Shown here: positions 11,228 through 22,900 of the stretch, in pieces
Layout: every line of letters begins with the position of its first letter
How positions within the stretch are numbered: the first letter of the stretch is position 1
NCBI RefSeq assembly: GCF_963506605.1
Contig: NC_083284.1
Coordinates: forward strand, 10,602,001 to 10,666,000
Direction: 5' to 3'
Origin: Zootoca vivipara
Taxonomy: Eukaryota
DNA length: 64,000 bases
Made by a program: the position numbers and the translations under genes
Notes under the pieces: model-generated
The model's input: only the letters and a program-made list of their open reading frames with translations
What the model was told of the DNA's origin: nothing
The model's database searches: none

Positions 11228-11769
11228 CTGGGAACACACCTGATAAGCTCAAACAACTGGTGCTGTTTCTTTACGCCAGCCTAGTACCTCCAGATCAGGC
11301 ACCCCAAAACTTCGGCCCTCCAGATGTTTTGGACTACAATTCCCATCTTCCCTGACCACTGGTCCTGTTAGCTAGGGATCATGGGCAGGGCCGGTGCTAG
11401 GGCTTTTTGCACCCTAGGCAAAACACCTTTTGGCGCCCCCGGCACATGAGTCAGGACGCGTGCGTCGTGCGTCATGACGCATTGCTGACGCCCCTGCGTT
11501 CCCTCCATAGGCAGGAGGAGCGCAAGCCAAAAGAAGAGTGAGCGGTGGAGGTAGCAGCAGCGCCCATAGCTGAAGGCTCAAGGGCGTAGCCAGGATCAAA
11601 ACTAGGGGGGGGGGCAAGCCATGATCATTTAGGGGCGGGGCCACAAAGTGGGAACGTGGGCGGGGCTACAGGGCCAGCTGGCCTGACGACATCGTGGTGG
11701 TGGCAGCGGCGGCAGCGGCCACCTTGTGCTTCTGGGGCTGGCAACGGCGGCGGCTACCCTGCTTGGCTG

Positions 11770-13340
11770 GAGAGGACGGGAGGGTCGGGCAGGCAAGAGG
11801 GGGTGACAGGGTGGGCGAGGGCAAGGCAAGGCACGGCCGCAGTCATGACGGCTCCAAGGCGTTGCTGCATATCAGCATAATATTTCAACCATGTTGTGGG
11901 TTCAAGCCCCACCTTAGGAAAAAATTCCTGCATTGCAGGGGGTTGGACTAGATGACCCTTGTGGTCCCTTCCGACTACAATTCTATGATTCTATTGATAT
12001 ATTGCCATAGCATATGCATCATTCTGCTTTCTTGAATTGTCCTACTCCTAGGCATAGCAGCCAACTCCTAGAGGCCTAGGTGCCTCCCCCCCCCCAATTA
12101 CTAGTAAATACCGTATGTGAAAGAGTCATCCCCCCATGTTGATGGGCTTTCTATGTGGGGCTTATCTGCCCCCCCCCCATATTTTATTAAGAATGGAAGA
12201 GGGAGGGAAGGAAGGAAGAAATAGAGAGAGGGGTAACTCATATTTGTGGGTGCCTCTGGGTGACGCTGTGATGCTGGAACTCTGCAGCAAGAGGACGGGA
12301 GGGTCGGGCAGGCGAGAGGGGGTGGCAGGGCAGATGAGGGCGAGGGAAGGCACGGCCGCAGTCACGACAGCTCCGAGGCGTTGCTGCATATCAGCATAAT
12401 ATTTCAACCATGTTGTGGGTTCAAGCCCCACCTTAGGAAAAAATTCCTGCATTGCAGGGGGTTGGACTAGATGACCCTTGTGGTCCCTTCCGACAACAAT
12501 TCTATGATTCCATTGATATATTACCATAGCATATGCATCATTCTGCTTTCTTGAATTGTCCTACTCCTAGGCATAGCAGCCAAATCCTAGAGGCCTAGGT
12601 GCCTCTCCCCCCCCCCAATTACTGGTAAATACCGTATTTGAAAGAGTCACCCCCCCCATTTTGATGGGCTTTCTATGTGGGGCTTATCTGCCCCCCCCAG
12701 TATTTTATTAAGGATGGAAGAGGGAGGGAAGGAAGGAATAATAGAGAGAGGGATACCTCATATTTGTGGGTGTCTCTGGGTGATGCTGTGAAGCTGGAAC
12801 TCTGCAGCAAGAGGATGGGAGGGTCGGGCAGGGGAGAGGGGGTGGCAGGGCAGGCGAGGGCGAGGCAAGACAGGGCCGCAGTCTTGATGGCTCCGAGGCG
12901 TTGCTGCATATCAGCATAATATTTCAACCATGTTGTGGGTTCAAGCCCCACATTGGGGAAAAATTCCTGCATTGCAGGGGGTTGGACTAGATGACCCTTG
13001 TGGTCCCTTCCGACTACAATTCCATGATTCTATTGATATATTACCATAGCATATGCATGATTCTGCTTTCTTGAATTGTCCTAGGCATAGCAGCCAACTC
13101 CTAGAGGCCTAGGTGCCTTCCCCCCCAAAAAAGAAATTACTGGTAAATACTGTATTTTAAAGAGTCCTCCCCCCCCCATTTTGATGGGCTTTCTATGTGG
13201 GGCTTATCTGCCCCCCCCCCCCAGTATTTTATTGAGGATGGAAGAGGGAGGAAAGGAAGGAAGAAATAGAGAGAGGGATAACTCACATTTGTGGGTGCCT
13301 CTGGGTGACGCTGTGATGCTAGAACTCTGCAGCAAGAGGA
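11770..13340. repeat. Tandem triplication of a ~520-bp unit
   Basis: GTTGCTGCATATCAGC at ~11861/12380/12900 and TTGATGGGCTTTC at ~12139/12661/13181. Confidence 0.9.
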
Positions 13341-13400
13341 AGATACCGGTACACCTGTACAGGAGCCTTGTAAGCAGCTTTCTCTCTGCTTGATTTACAG

Positions 13401-13736
13401 CAGGCACGTCCAACAGGTAGATTGTGATCTACCAGTAGATCACTGGATGTCTGTGGTAGATCACTGCTAGATCACTGGCACCCCTAAAAAAAGCTCACCC
13501 AAATTTTTCCTCCTCCCTAAAAAAAGCTGAACTATGACCTGAAGCCCTAAACAATAATGGGCCTGCCTCCCTCCTAAAAGAAGCTCAACAAGTTTGACCT
13601 AAACCCCCCAAAACAGGGCTTCCCTTCCTTAAAGAAACTCAACAGCTTTGACCTGAACCCCCCAAAAGGGGGTAGATCACTCCCAGTTTTTAACTCTGTG
13701 AGTAGATCAGAGTCTCTTGGGAGGTGGCCACCCCTG
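13401..13736. mobile_element. hAT-type MITE
   Basis: CAGG...CCTG ends with TSD ATTTACAG. Confidence 0.8.
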
Positions 13737-15376
13737 ATTTACAGTATACAGATGCAGGAGGAGGGGCAGACTGGAACACCAATGCTTTTTATAAACATCA
13801 CTGTGTCTATCAAAGGTCCAGCCCCCCCCCCCTTCTTATTCACTTCCTTTTAGCCTTGCAGGGCCACCTTAGTCAAATTGAATCCTCTGCACCCTCATTA
13901 AATCGCCAATAGAACTGTTAATGCGATCCCTGAATGCCCATTAACAACTCCCACTGAATAACAATAGGGTGAATAGGGTGGACCTTGCCTGAAGGGATAT
14001 TCTGCTCCATTGTCTTAACTGCTTAAGTACTGGTAGCCACTTTGCTTTATTTATTTGATGTGTTTTTGTTACAGCTGTGTTCCCGCCCCCAGCAAGTGGA
14101 GAGCTGCTCTTGCTAAAGCAAAGCCCTTTCCACTTCAGTTTTTGGAGGGGCAAAGTATTGGTTATGGTCTGTAAAATACAATAATTTTTTGCTTCTAGGG
14201 GGGGCAGCTGCCCCCTCCTGCCCCCCCTGTCTACACCCATGTGAAGGCTTCAGCTACGGGCGCTGCCGCCACCACCACTCACTCGCTGCAGCACTCAGGA
14301 GCTCACAGCGTCCCTTCCATAGGTGGGAGGAGCGCGAGCGAGCGCTGTGGGAGGGCGGTGGTGGTGTGGGGGTTTTGCGGGGCAGGCTGCCCAACGCCCC
14401 CTCCATTTATGCACTCTAGGCGATTGCCTAGTTTGCCTAAATGGACGCACCGGCCTTGATCATGGGAGTTGTAGGCCAAAACATCTGGAGGGCCACAGTT
14501 TGGGATGCCTGCTCCAGATGTTTGAGAATACGGCTTCCATCAGCCTGAGACCTCACCTGTGCTCAGGTGAGGTTGATGGGAGTTGGATTCTGAAACCAAT
14601 GGAGGGCACACTGTTGGCCAACAGCGCCTTATGCAATTTAAATCAACAGCCTCCTGGCTGGTAACCATTCAGACATTTGTTCATTCTCCCTCCCTGCCTT
14701 TGATCTGGATTTTGGATGCCACACAAGCAGAAAAGCAGGCCAGCCGACAACTGAGCCAATGATAGGAAAGAGCTGAGATGCCCATTGCTTTGATTGGTCT
14801 TCAGTGTGGAAGGGATGGAGCACGGGACTGCTTCGTGGCTGAGTGAGGATTTGAACCCAGGGCCCTCCTGTTCTAGCGCTGGCACTGTTGTGAGTTTGTG
14901 AGGGGCCAGATCCCCCCTAAATTCCTGGGTCTGATAAAAGCTAGAATGAATCAGTGCTTGTCGGGTTAAGCTGAAAGTTAGACCCAGCTTTCCGTGTCCA
15001 CCTGGGAGAGGAGCCATCAGGAAGAACCATCAAGGGGTCATTACTGAAGTGGCCAAGTCATGGACCTAGTGAAACAGAGAGAGAAGCCGTCAGCAAGGCT
15101 ATGTGCTCTGAGTAGTTAGCAAAACACAATGCCAGAGCAGAGAGAGAGAAGTCCCAGGTTGGCAGTTTGGATAGCAAACGGGAGTAAAGTGTCCTTTTTG
15201 CAAGCTGGGTTGGGGGGCAGGGAGAAGGGGGACTGTCTGTTTTGTGCTGCACAGAGGGTCAGACACAATGTTTGGGGTCTCTTGGAATCTGAGACGGCAG
15301 CACTGGAAGGAACAGGACCCTCCTGGGATGCGAATGCCATCTAGACCAATCTCGCCATCTAGACCCAGGTTGTATA

Positions 15377-15844
15377 CAGTGATACCTTGGTTTACAACCA
15401 TAATCCGTTCTGGAGGTCCAGTTGTAAACCAAAACAGGTTGTAACCCAAGGCGTGCTTTCACCAATGGGGCCTCCAAAAATAATAATGGTTGTAATAAAA
15501 AAAATGGGTTGTAATCCAAAAAAAGGGACACACACCTCAGGGTTTGACGCGGTTGTAATCCAAAACGGTTGTAATCCAAAATGGTTGCAAGCAAACCATT
15601 TTGCACGGTACACAGTGGTACCTTGGTTTAAGAACAGCGCTGTTTACGGACTATTCAGTTTACGAACTCCGCAGACTATTCAGTTTGCGAACTTTACCTT
15701 GGTCTAAGAATGGAAGCCAAACGGTGGAATGGCACTGGTGGCACGGGAGGCCTCATTAGGGAAAGCATGCCTTGGTTTAAGAACAGTTTTGGTTTAAGAA
15801 AGGACTTCTGGAACGGATTAAGTTCATAAACCGAGGCACCACTG
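15377..15844. mobile_element. Two adjacent Tc1/mariner-type MITEs
   Basis: CAGTGATACCTTGG / CAGTGGTACCTTGG starts and a CCGAGGCACCACTG end. Confidence 0.7.
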
Positions 15845-16494
15845 TTTGTGTAAATAAACCGTATAACATAAAGACACCACAGTCTCCGCTGAGCCTCCTG
15901 GTCCAAAAGGAAACACAGACCCCCCCCCTGGATCGCACAAGGCTTGGAGATCGAGGTGGTGAGTGGGTGGGTGGGGAACAATATTTAAAGGCACCATGCA
16001 GTAGACTTTTCCTACGTTGCTTTGTATCCATTTGGATGGTGGTAGATCAGTTCTGGGATAACCATACAGGAAGGCGGATATATTTGCTGTATTTCATTTT
16101 TAAAAAAAATAGATTTAAAGCTACTTGTGCTTTTGGCATCTCCAGTGAACTAATGTGCTTTGCCTGGAGTCTATTTTCAACCATCCACCCTTCCACTATT
16201 TTGTTATTATAAATAATTACATTCTGGCCCACTCTCCTTCCAAGAAACTCAGGGTGGCAGGCATGGCTCCCCCTCATAGTCTCATGACAGCCCTGGCAGC
16301 TCAGCTCAGCTGAGGAATTGTGACTGGCGATGCATGTCTAGGGCTTGGAACTGGGGTCTCGCTAGTTCTAGTCTGACACTACTCTAACCACTACACTGCA
16401 CTAACTTCCTGCCAACGTTGCTGTTCCCACAGAGCTGAGCACTGGGAAGATTTGGAAATGTCTCCTCCCACACCAGCTGGGGGAAGCCGCATGC

Positions 16495-16983
16495 AAGAAG
16501 GATACTGACAAGCTGGAACATGTCCAGAAGAGGGCAACCAAAATGGTCAAAGGCCTGGAAACGATGCCTTATGAGGAACGGCTTAGGGAGCTGGGTATGT
16601 TAGCCTGGAGAAGAGAAGGTTAAGGGGTGATATGATAGCCATGTTCAAATATATGAAAGGATGTCATATAGAGGAGGGAGAAAGGTTGTTTTCTGTTGCT
16701 CCAGAGAAGCGGACACGGAGCAATGGATTCAAACTACAAGAAAGAAGATTCCACCTAAACATTAGGAAGAACTTCCTGACAGTAAGAGCTGTTCGGCAGT
16801 GGAATTTGCTACCAAGGAGTGTGGTGGAGTCGTCTCCTTTGCAGGTGTTTAAGCAGAGGCTTGACAGCCATATGTCAAGAATGCTTTGATGGTGTTTCCT
16901 GCTCAGCAGAAGGTTGGACTGGATGGCCCTTGTGGTCTCTTCCAACTCTACAATTCTATGATTTTATGATTCTATGATTCTAT
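16495..16983 (+). mobile_element. CR1 LINE 3' end
   Basis: RT C-terminus ([21 protein letters not shown]) and (TTCTATGA)n tail. Confidence 0.9.
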
Positions 16984-17084
16984 GCAGACAGGCTGCTTGC
17001 ACAAGTAGAACCGACAGCCTGTCTTCTCAGCCCTTGTCCATCCTGGCTCATAAAAGCGAGCTGGGCAGAGCTGGGCAATGGGCT

Positions 17085-17310
17085 CCGTGGGGTGGCGAAT
17101 GCTTCCCTCTGTGAGGGAGTCTTCCTGGAACCTCTTAAAGAAGCAGTTATTAAACCACCTTTGGACCCGGCCACTATGGCTAACTATTGCCCAGTCTCCA
17201 ATATTCCATTCCTGGGCAACGCAGTCAAGCAGAGTGTCGTGGAACAACTCCAGGCATGTCTGGAGGATGCAGACCATTTAGACCTCTTCCATTCAAGTTT
17301 CAGGCCCCAA
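17085..17310 (+). mobile_element. L2 LINE RT fragment
   Basis: LKEAVIKP...NYCPVSNIPFLG, a decayed NYRPVSNLPFL. Confidence 0.65.
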
Positions 17311-18170
17311 AGTGTCTGTTTTGGGTGATGTCACATTACCTCATATAGCATCCTCTCACTCATGCCCACAGCTACTGTGTCATTGGGGCAGGGGTCGCGA
17401 GGCGGCGCACATAATGTGGCTTCTGAATATACCGTACTTTCCTTCCCCACCTCCCAGGAGATCTTCCTCAGTGGCCTTTCCTGGTAAGTGGTTGCTTATT
17501 ATTTTGTCCGTCTAGATTACTTGTTGTTTAGTCGTTTATAGTCCTGTCCGACTTTTCGTGAACCCATGGACCAGCACTTACCTGCCCAAAATGTGCAAAG
17601 AATTACCATGATCTTGCTTCAAAACATTGACCTGTGCATCATGCCTTTGAGACTGCAACCCTTTTGTGGGCGGACACCTCCCCTGTACTGTTTTAATCCT
17701 GTGATTTAAACTGCCAGCCAGGACAACCCATCAGAATAGGTACCAAACAAAAGAGGCTTTCATATCATTTTGACACAGGCAACTGTAGAAGAGGACACCA
17801 GAATTTCCCCTTTTGCATGTTTAGACCTTTAAACCTCCCCCTATAAATAAATTCAGACAAAACTCAAATTTTGGTTTGGTTTTTGGCAGAATTTAGGCCA
17901 CAACTTTATTGATTACATCGGGTGAGTGGTTGCACCTGATGTAATCAATAAAGGGCACCAGCCTAGGTCAGGCTAGGGTGAACACCTGGAATGGCGGAAA
18001 GCTGGGAACAGGCTATGTCCACCACCCAGATGTCCCCCTGGACTCGGGCATGGGACCAAACCATTGAGTCCCTGGATTCCTTTAACGGAATACCCTTCAC
18101 ATAGGGATGGCGAGAGCGTTCCCCCATCCCTTTCACCTGAACCAGAGCCCATTCACAACCTTACAAGTTG

Positions 18171-18488
18171 CATAGCTGCCAAGTCTCCCGTTTTCCCCGG
18201 GAAATCCCCGTTTTTCCAGCTGTTTTTTCCCTGGTTTATTCTGGCACGGCGGCCATTTTGGTACTGGGCGGAGCATGCTCAGAAGCGACTTTTGATGCTG
18301 CTCTGCCCAGTTCCAAAATGGCTGCAGTGCGACTTCTGGCGCAGCGGCCATTTTGGAACTAGGCAAAGCAGCATCAAAAGTCACTTCTGAGCATGCTCCG
18401 CCCAGTTCCAAAATGGCAGCAGCGCTACTTCCGGCCTGCTATTTCCAGCCCGGTCCCTTATTTCTCTGACAGCAACTTGGCAGGTATG
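18171..18488. mobile_element. hAT-type MITE (CATAGCTGCCAAG family)
   Basis: TIR CATAGCTGCCAAGT/ACTTGGCAGGTATG with TSD ACAAGTTG. Confidence 0.85.
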
Positions 18489-19057
18489 ACAAGTTGTGAC
18501 GATTTGCTACGCAGCAGGCGAAACCCAAGTGGCACCAGCCAATCAGCCAAGTGGGGAAAATTCCTGCTGTGCCCCTGTGCCAATGACAGACGACACACGA
18601 CGGCATAGCAAGGTCAAGCGCGCAAGCCCTAGAAGTAGGGAGAGGTGGGCAGGTGTTCCGATGCACTGACCAGAAAAGGAAGCTCTGAGTAACATGCATG
18701 GGCATATATAGGTCCCTTGATTGGTTTGGCTAGCGTCCCATTGGCCTGATTAACCCAGCATCAAGGGACCTACCAATAGGGTGTTGTGGCTATCCAATCG
18801 TACCCACCCACAACACAGGGTTCGGTTGCCAGGTTGCACCGCAACATGTGCCCTCTTTGAGGACATGATTTCCCCACAGCAAATGCAGGACAGCAGGATG
18901 TACCAATTTTTATAAAATACAGGTGGGGAACCTCAGTCCAGTGACCCAAATGTGGTCCCCAAGCCTCCTTTGTCTGGCCCTCCATATGTTTCCTAGCCAC
19001 ACACCCCTATTTCACATCTTCAAGTGTTCTTGCCCAATGCCTCCTGCTTGTCTAGAG

Positions 19058-19545
19058 CAGAGGATTTCAACCTTTGAGTCCACGGCTCCCTTGACCAACT
19101 ACATTCTTTCTGTGGCACCCCTGTGGGGCTCGGAAATTGGGCGGCGCTGGGACCCAAAATGGAGCCTCCCTGGCAGGTAGGAAATCTGGGGGGTTTACGG
19201 GATTCTTTCCAATCCGGGCTGCCAGCGGGAAACAGTTTAAAATACAGGGGTTTCCCGCGAAAAACGGGAGACTTGACAGCTATGGTCTAGATCAGGCACC
19301 CCCAAACTGCGGCCCTCCAGATGTTTTGGCCTACAACTCCCATGATCCCTAGCTAAGAGGATCAGTGGTCAGGGGTGATGGGAATTGTAGTCCCAAACAT
19401 CTGGAGGGCCGAAGTTTGGGGGTGCCTGGTCTAGACCAGCCTTTTTTAACCTTGGCTTAGTTCCCATCACCCTTGGTTCTGCTAGCTAGGGATGATGGGA
19501 TTTGTAGCCCAATAACAGCCGGGGACCCAAGGTTGAGAGAGGCTG
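19058..19545. mobile_element. Stack of hAT (Charlie-like) MITEs
   Basis: Elements separated by repeated GTCTAGAN target sites at 19050, 19285, 19429 and 19546. Confidence 0.8.
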
Positions 19546-19767
19546 GTCTAGAGGGAGATGTGAGTGGGGCCTTTGAGTGTGCCTAGAATATACCCTACTG
19601 TTCAAATGCAATATTTCTATTTGTTGCCCTGCCTCTGGCTCCACCCACCATGGTCATGTGAGCCTCAGAAGGCTCCCCAGCAGGTAATGAGGTTCCCGGA
19701 CTCAAAAATATTTCCCCTCACCGTTATAAACTAAAACCACGCAGGCAGTTTTTGAAGAACAGATGAG

Positions 19768-19773
19768 TTTATT
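19768..19773 (-). terminator. Poly(A) signal AATAAA, galectin copy B
   Basis: AATAAA about 38 nt after the stop. Confidence 0.7.
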
Positions 19774-19810
19774 CAGACTTGTTGCAGGACTGCAGGGACA
19801 CAGAACGAAA

Positions 19811-19957
19811 CTAGAGAAATTTGAGGGTTCTGATTCTGAAGTCTCCTTCCACCCTGATATAGCCGATGGTCTTCAGGCCCAGCTGGTTGGGAAAGGTGAA
19901 CTCATGACCCTCTGCCAGCTTCACCTTGATCTCCGCAGAAAGAAAAGTGAAGGAAAG
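19811..19957 (-). CDS. Galectin copy B last exon
   Basis: ttcttgcag|CTTTCC..., encoding FPNQLG and VEGDF, ending in TAG. Confidence 0.92.
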   Translation of the reverse strand, partial: LSFTFLSAEIKVKLAEGHEFTFPNQLGLKTIGYIRVEGDFRIRTLKFL

Positions 19958-22900
19958 CTGCAAGAAGCAGGAGGAGGAGGAGTCATGAGAAAACCAGGAC
20001 ACTAAACGCTTTACATGCCCTGAAAGACTAAAAGGAATGGCAACTACTGCCTAGACATTGGGAGTTCAGCATTTCCATTTCCTGTCTGAGGCTACTTCTA
20101 CCCAAGTGCTTACATTTCAGCTGATCAGGAGGCACTTCAGAGCCAGGGGCGTAGCAAGGCGCCGCAACACCCGGGGCGGCATATTGCCATGTTCCGGGGG
20201 CGCGCGCAGCGTCGCTATGTAACGACACATGCTACTTCTAAACAGAGTGCCCAGGCTCCAGGTAGATAACCCACTGGCGTGGCACGCCCACCACACCAGT
20301 GGGCTATCTGCCTGGAGCCTGGGTGCTCCGTTTAGGCTCCATTTTGAAGTCACGGGGGTGCAGTACCCTCTCTGTTGTACGCATGCACAGCATCCCGCTG
20401 CACACGCATGCTAGGTAGAGGAGGATCGCGCGCCTCCCGCGACTTCTAAACAGAGCGCCCAGGCTCAGGCAAGGTGCCGATCCCGGGGTGGGGGCGCGGC
20501 CCCGAGTGACACCCCCTCCAGGGCAGTACCCAGGGTGGACCGCCCCCCCACCCGCTTGCCCCGCCCCTGTTCAGAGCCCAAGGACCAGAGTTGTCTTAAT
20601 CCATGGGTAGGCAAACTTAGGCCTGGGGGCAGGATCCAGCCCAATTGCCTTCTAAACCCAGCCCACAGATGGTCCGGGAATGAGCGTGTTTTTACATGAG
20701 TAGAATGTGTTCTTTTATCTAAAATGCATCTCTGGGTTATTTTGGGAGCACAGGAATTCGTTCATTTTCCCCCCAAAATATAGTCTGGCCCCCCACAAGG
20801 TCTGAGGGACAGTGGGCCGGCCCCCTGCTGAAAAAGTTTGCTGACCCCCTGGACTTAATCCCTCATGTTAAAAGCAGGATAAGATGCGGAGAAGGGTGTA
20901 CATGCTAGTTTTCTGTAGGCAAAGGTGAACTGGCCTGTGCACTTATTTTTTTTTTTTTAAAGCACAGAAGTCTTATTCAGTCAAGCCACTCTCCAAACAC
21001 CTGCATTCCAGTTCTATACATATAAATTTAATTTTTTTGAAAGAAGGAAGGTCCTCCTTCCACACCCTCTAAGGCAGCCATCCCCAAACTCAGCCCTCCA
21101 GATGTTTTGGGACTACAACTCCCATCTTCCCTGACCACTGGTCCTGTTAGCTAGGGATGATGGGAGTTGTAGTCCCAAAACATCTGGAGGGCCGAGTTTG
21201 GGGGTGCCTGCTCTAAGGGAAAGATACCTGGGGTCTTCCAGATGGTCAGGTATTGCTCCCATGGCTGACCATTGGCCATACTGGCTGGGGTCGATAGGAG
21301 TACAAGCATTGCATGACCTCTGCAGAGAAGCCACTCCCCTACCTCCTCCATTCGCACACAGACCTTCGATAAGACTGCCACACCCTCACCTGAACTTTGG
21401 CACCTTGCTCAAAAGGGAAATCGGTGATTCTCTGTTCTTTCCCCCATACGCCGTTCTGCAAGGAGTTGCACACGATGGTGTTCAAAATGGTGTTGTCGTC
21501 CGTCTGGTAGTCAAAGCGGGGGTTGAAGTGAAGGACGAGGTTGTCGCGATCCTGGCCCAGATTCACGACAAAACTTGAAGAGGATGGAAGTTATGGAAAA
21601 CAAAGAGCGTGGAGGTTAAGGCTTCCTGGACCTCTGTATAAACAAACAACAACTACGCAGCCCCCCTCTTGGGCATCTACCTGTATGCCAAACAGTGAGA
21701 GCATTTAGTGCTATATTTGGGCTTCATCATCATCATCAATTATTTATACCCCGCCCATCTGGCTGGGTTTCCCCAGCCACTCTGGGCGGCTTCCAACAAA
21801 ATATTAAAATACAATAATGTATTAAACATTAAAAGCTTCCCTAAACAGGGCTGCCTTCATGAGAACAGTAGCTTTAAAAATAAATAAAATAATAAAATTA
21901 AAATAAAGCACGGTTCTAGCGCTCATGGTTGCAAGAGTATCACACGGGAACTAGCAACCTAGAGCAGCATATAGACCAGGGTTTCCCAAACTTGCGTCTC
22001 CAGCTGTTTTTGGACTACAGTTATCATCCATGACCATAGGGTCCTGCTAGTTAGGGACGATGGGAGTTGTAGTCCAAAAACAGCTGGAGACCCAAATTTT
22101 GGAAACCATGATATAGACCAGGCATGTCAAACCTGCGGCCCTCCAGATGTTTTGGACTACAATTCCCATCTTCCCCAACCACTGGTCCTGCTAGCTAGGG
22201 ATCATGGGAGTTGTAGGCCAAAACATCTGGAGGGCTGCAGGTTTGACATGCCTGATATAGACTGTTGGGGGGGCAGGATGTACCCCAACATTTCCCCTTC
22301 CCCCCATGGGTCATTTGAGAATCACCGCAGGTCCACATAGAGAACTTGGTGATTTTCCTCTGCCTGTTGTACTGCAACAGGTGCTGTAGGATTTTGAATT
22401 ACGTTTTTACAGACAGGCTATAGGCCAACCGAATGAAGCTCACAGATCAGAGTTTGGAGAGCCCTGTCGTGCAACAGGAGTCACAAAGTGTGCAACATAG
22501 GATTCTCCACACTCCATCCTAGCTAGCATGAAAAATTAAGAGTTCAATGGAACATTCCAACCAGGCAAGAACACTCTGCAGGCATCAGGGCCAGTGAGGG
22601 ATTCAGCCTGGGGAGAGGGCCAAGGGCCAAAGAACGGTGTGGAGGGCCACTTCTCATCCTCACCCCCGCATTAGCAAAACTATCCAAGGCTGCATTTGCG
22701 CTCCTGTCGACTCCTGCTGGAGCTTTAAATCTGCATCCGCATGATGTCATCTAGAGTAACTGCATTATTTTGAGAACCAGTGGGGAGTAGTGGTTAGAGC
22801 GCTGGACTTGCACCTCGGAGACCCAGGTTCAAATCCCTGCTCAGCTATGAAACTCTATGGGGCATCCCCCCTCCCCCGCTGTCACTCAGCCTAACCTACC

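Larger units (their letters stand above)
11386..14458. mobile_element. 3.07-kb non-autonomous hAT-type element nested in a small MITE (11296-14511)
   Basis: TIR CAGGGCCGGTGC/GCACCGGCCTTG with TSD ATCATGGG. The host MITE has TSD CTCCAGAT. Confidence 0.8.

Noticed and set aside
17860-18815. Possible LTR-like element with an internal palindrome (~17904-17953)
   Set aside because: No clear termini or TSD could be established by eye.
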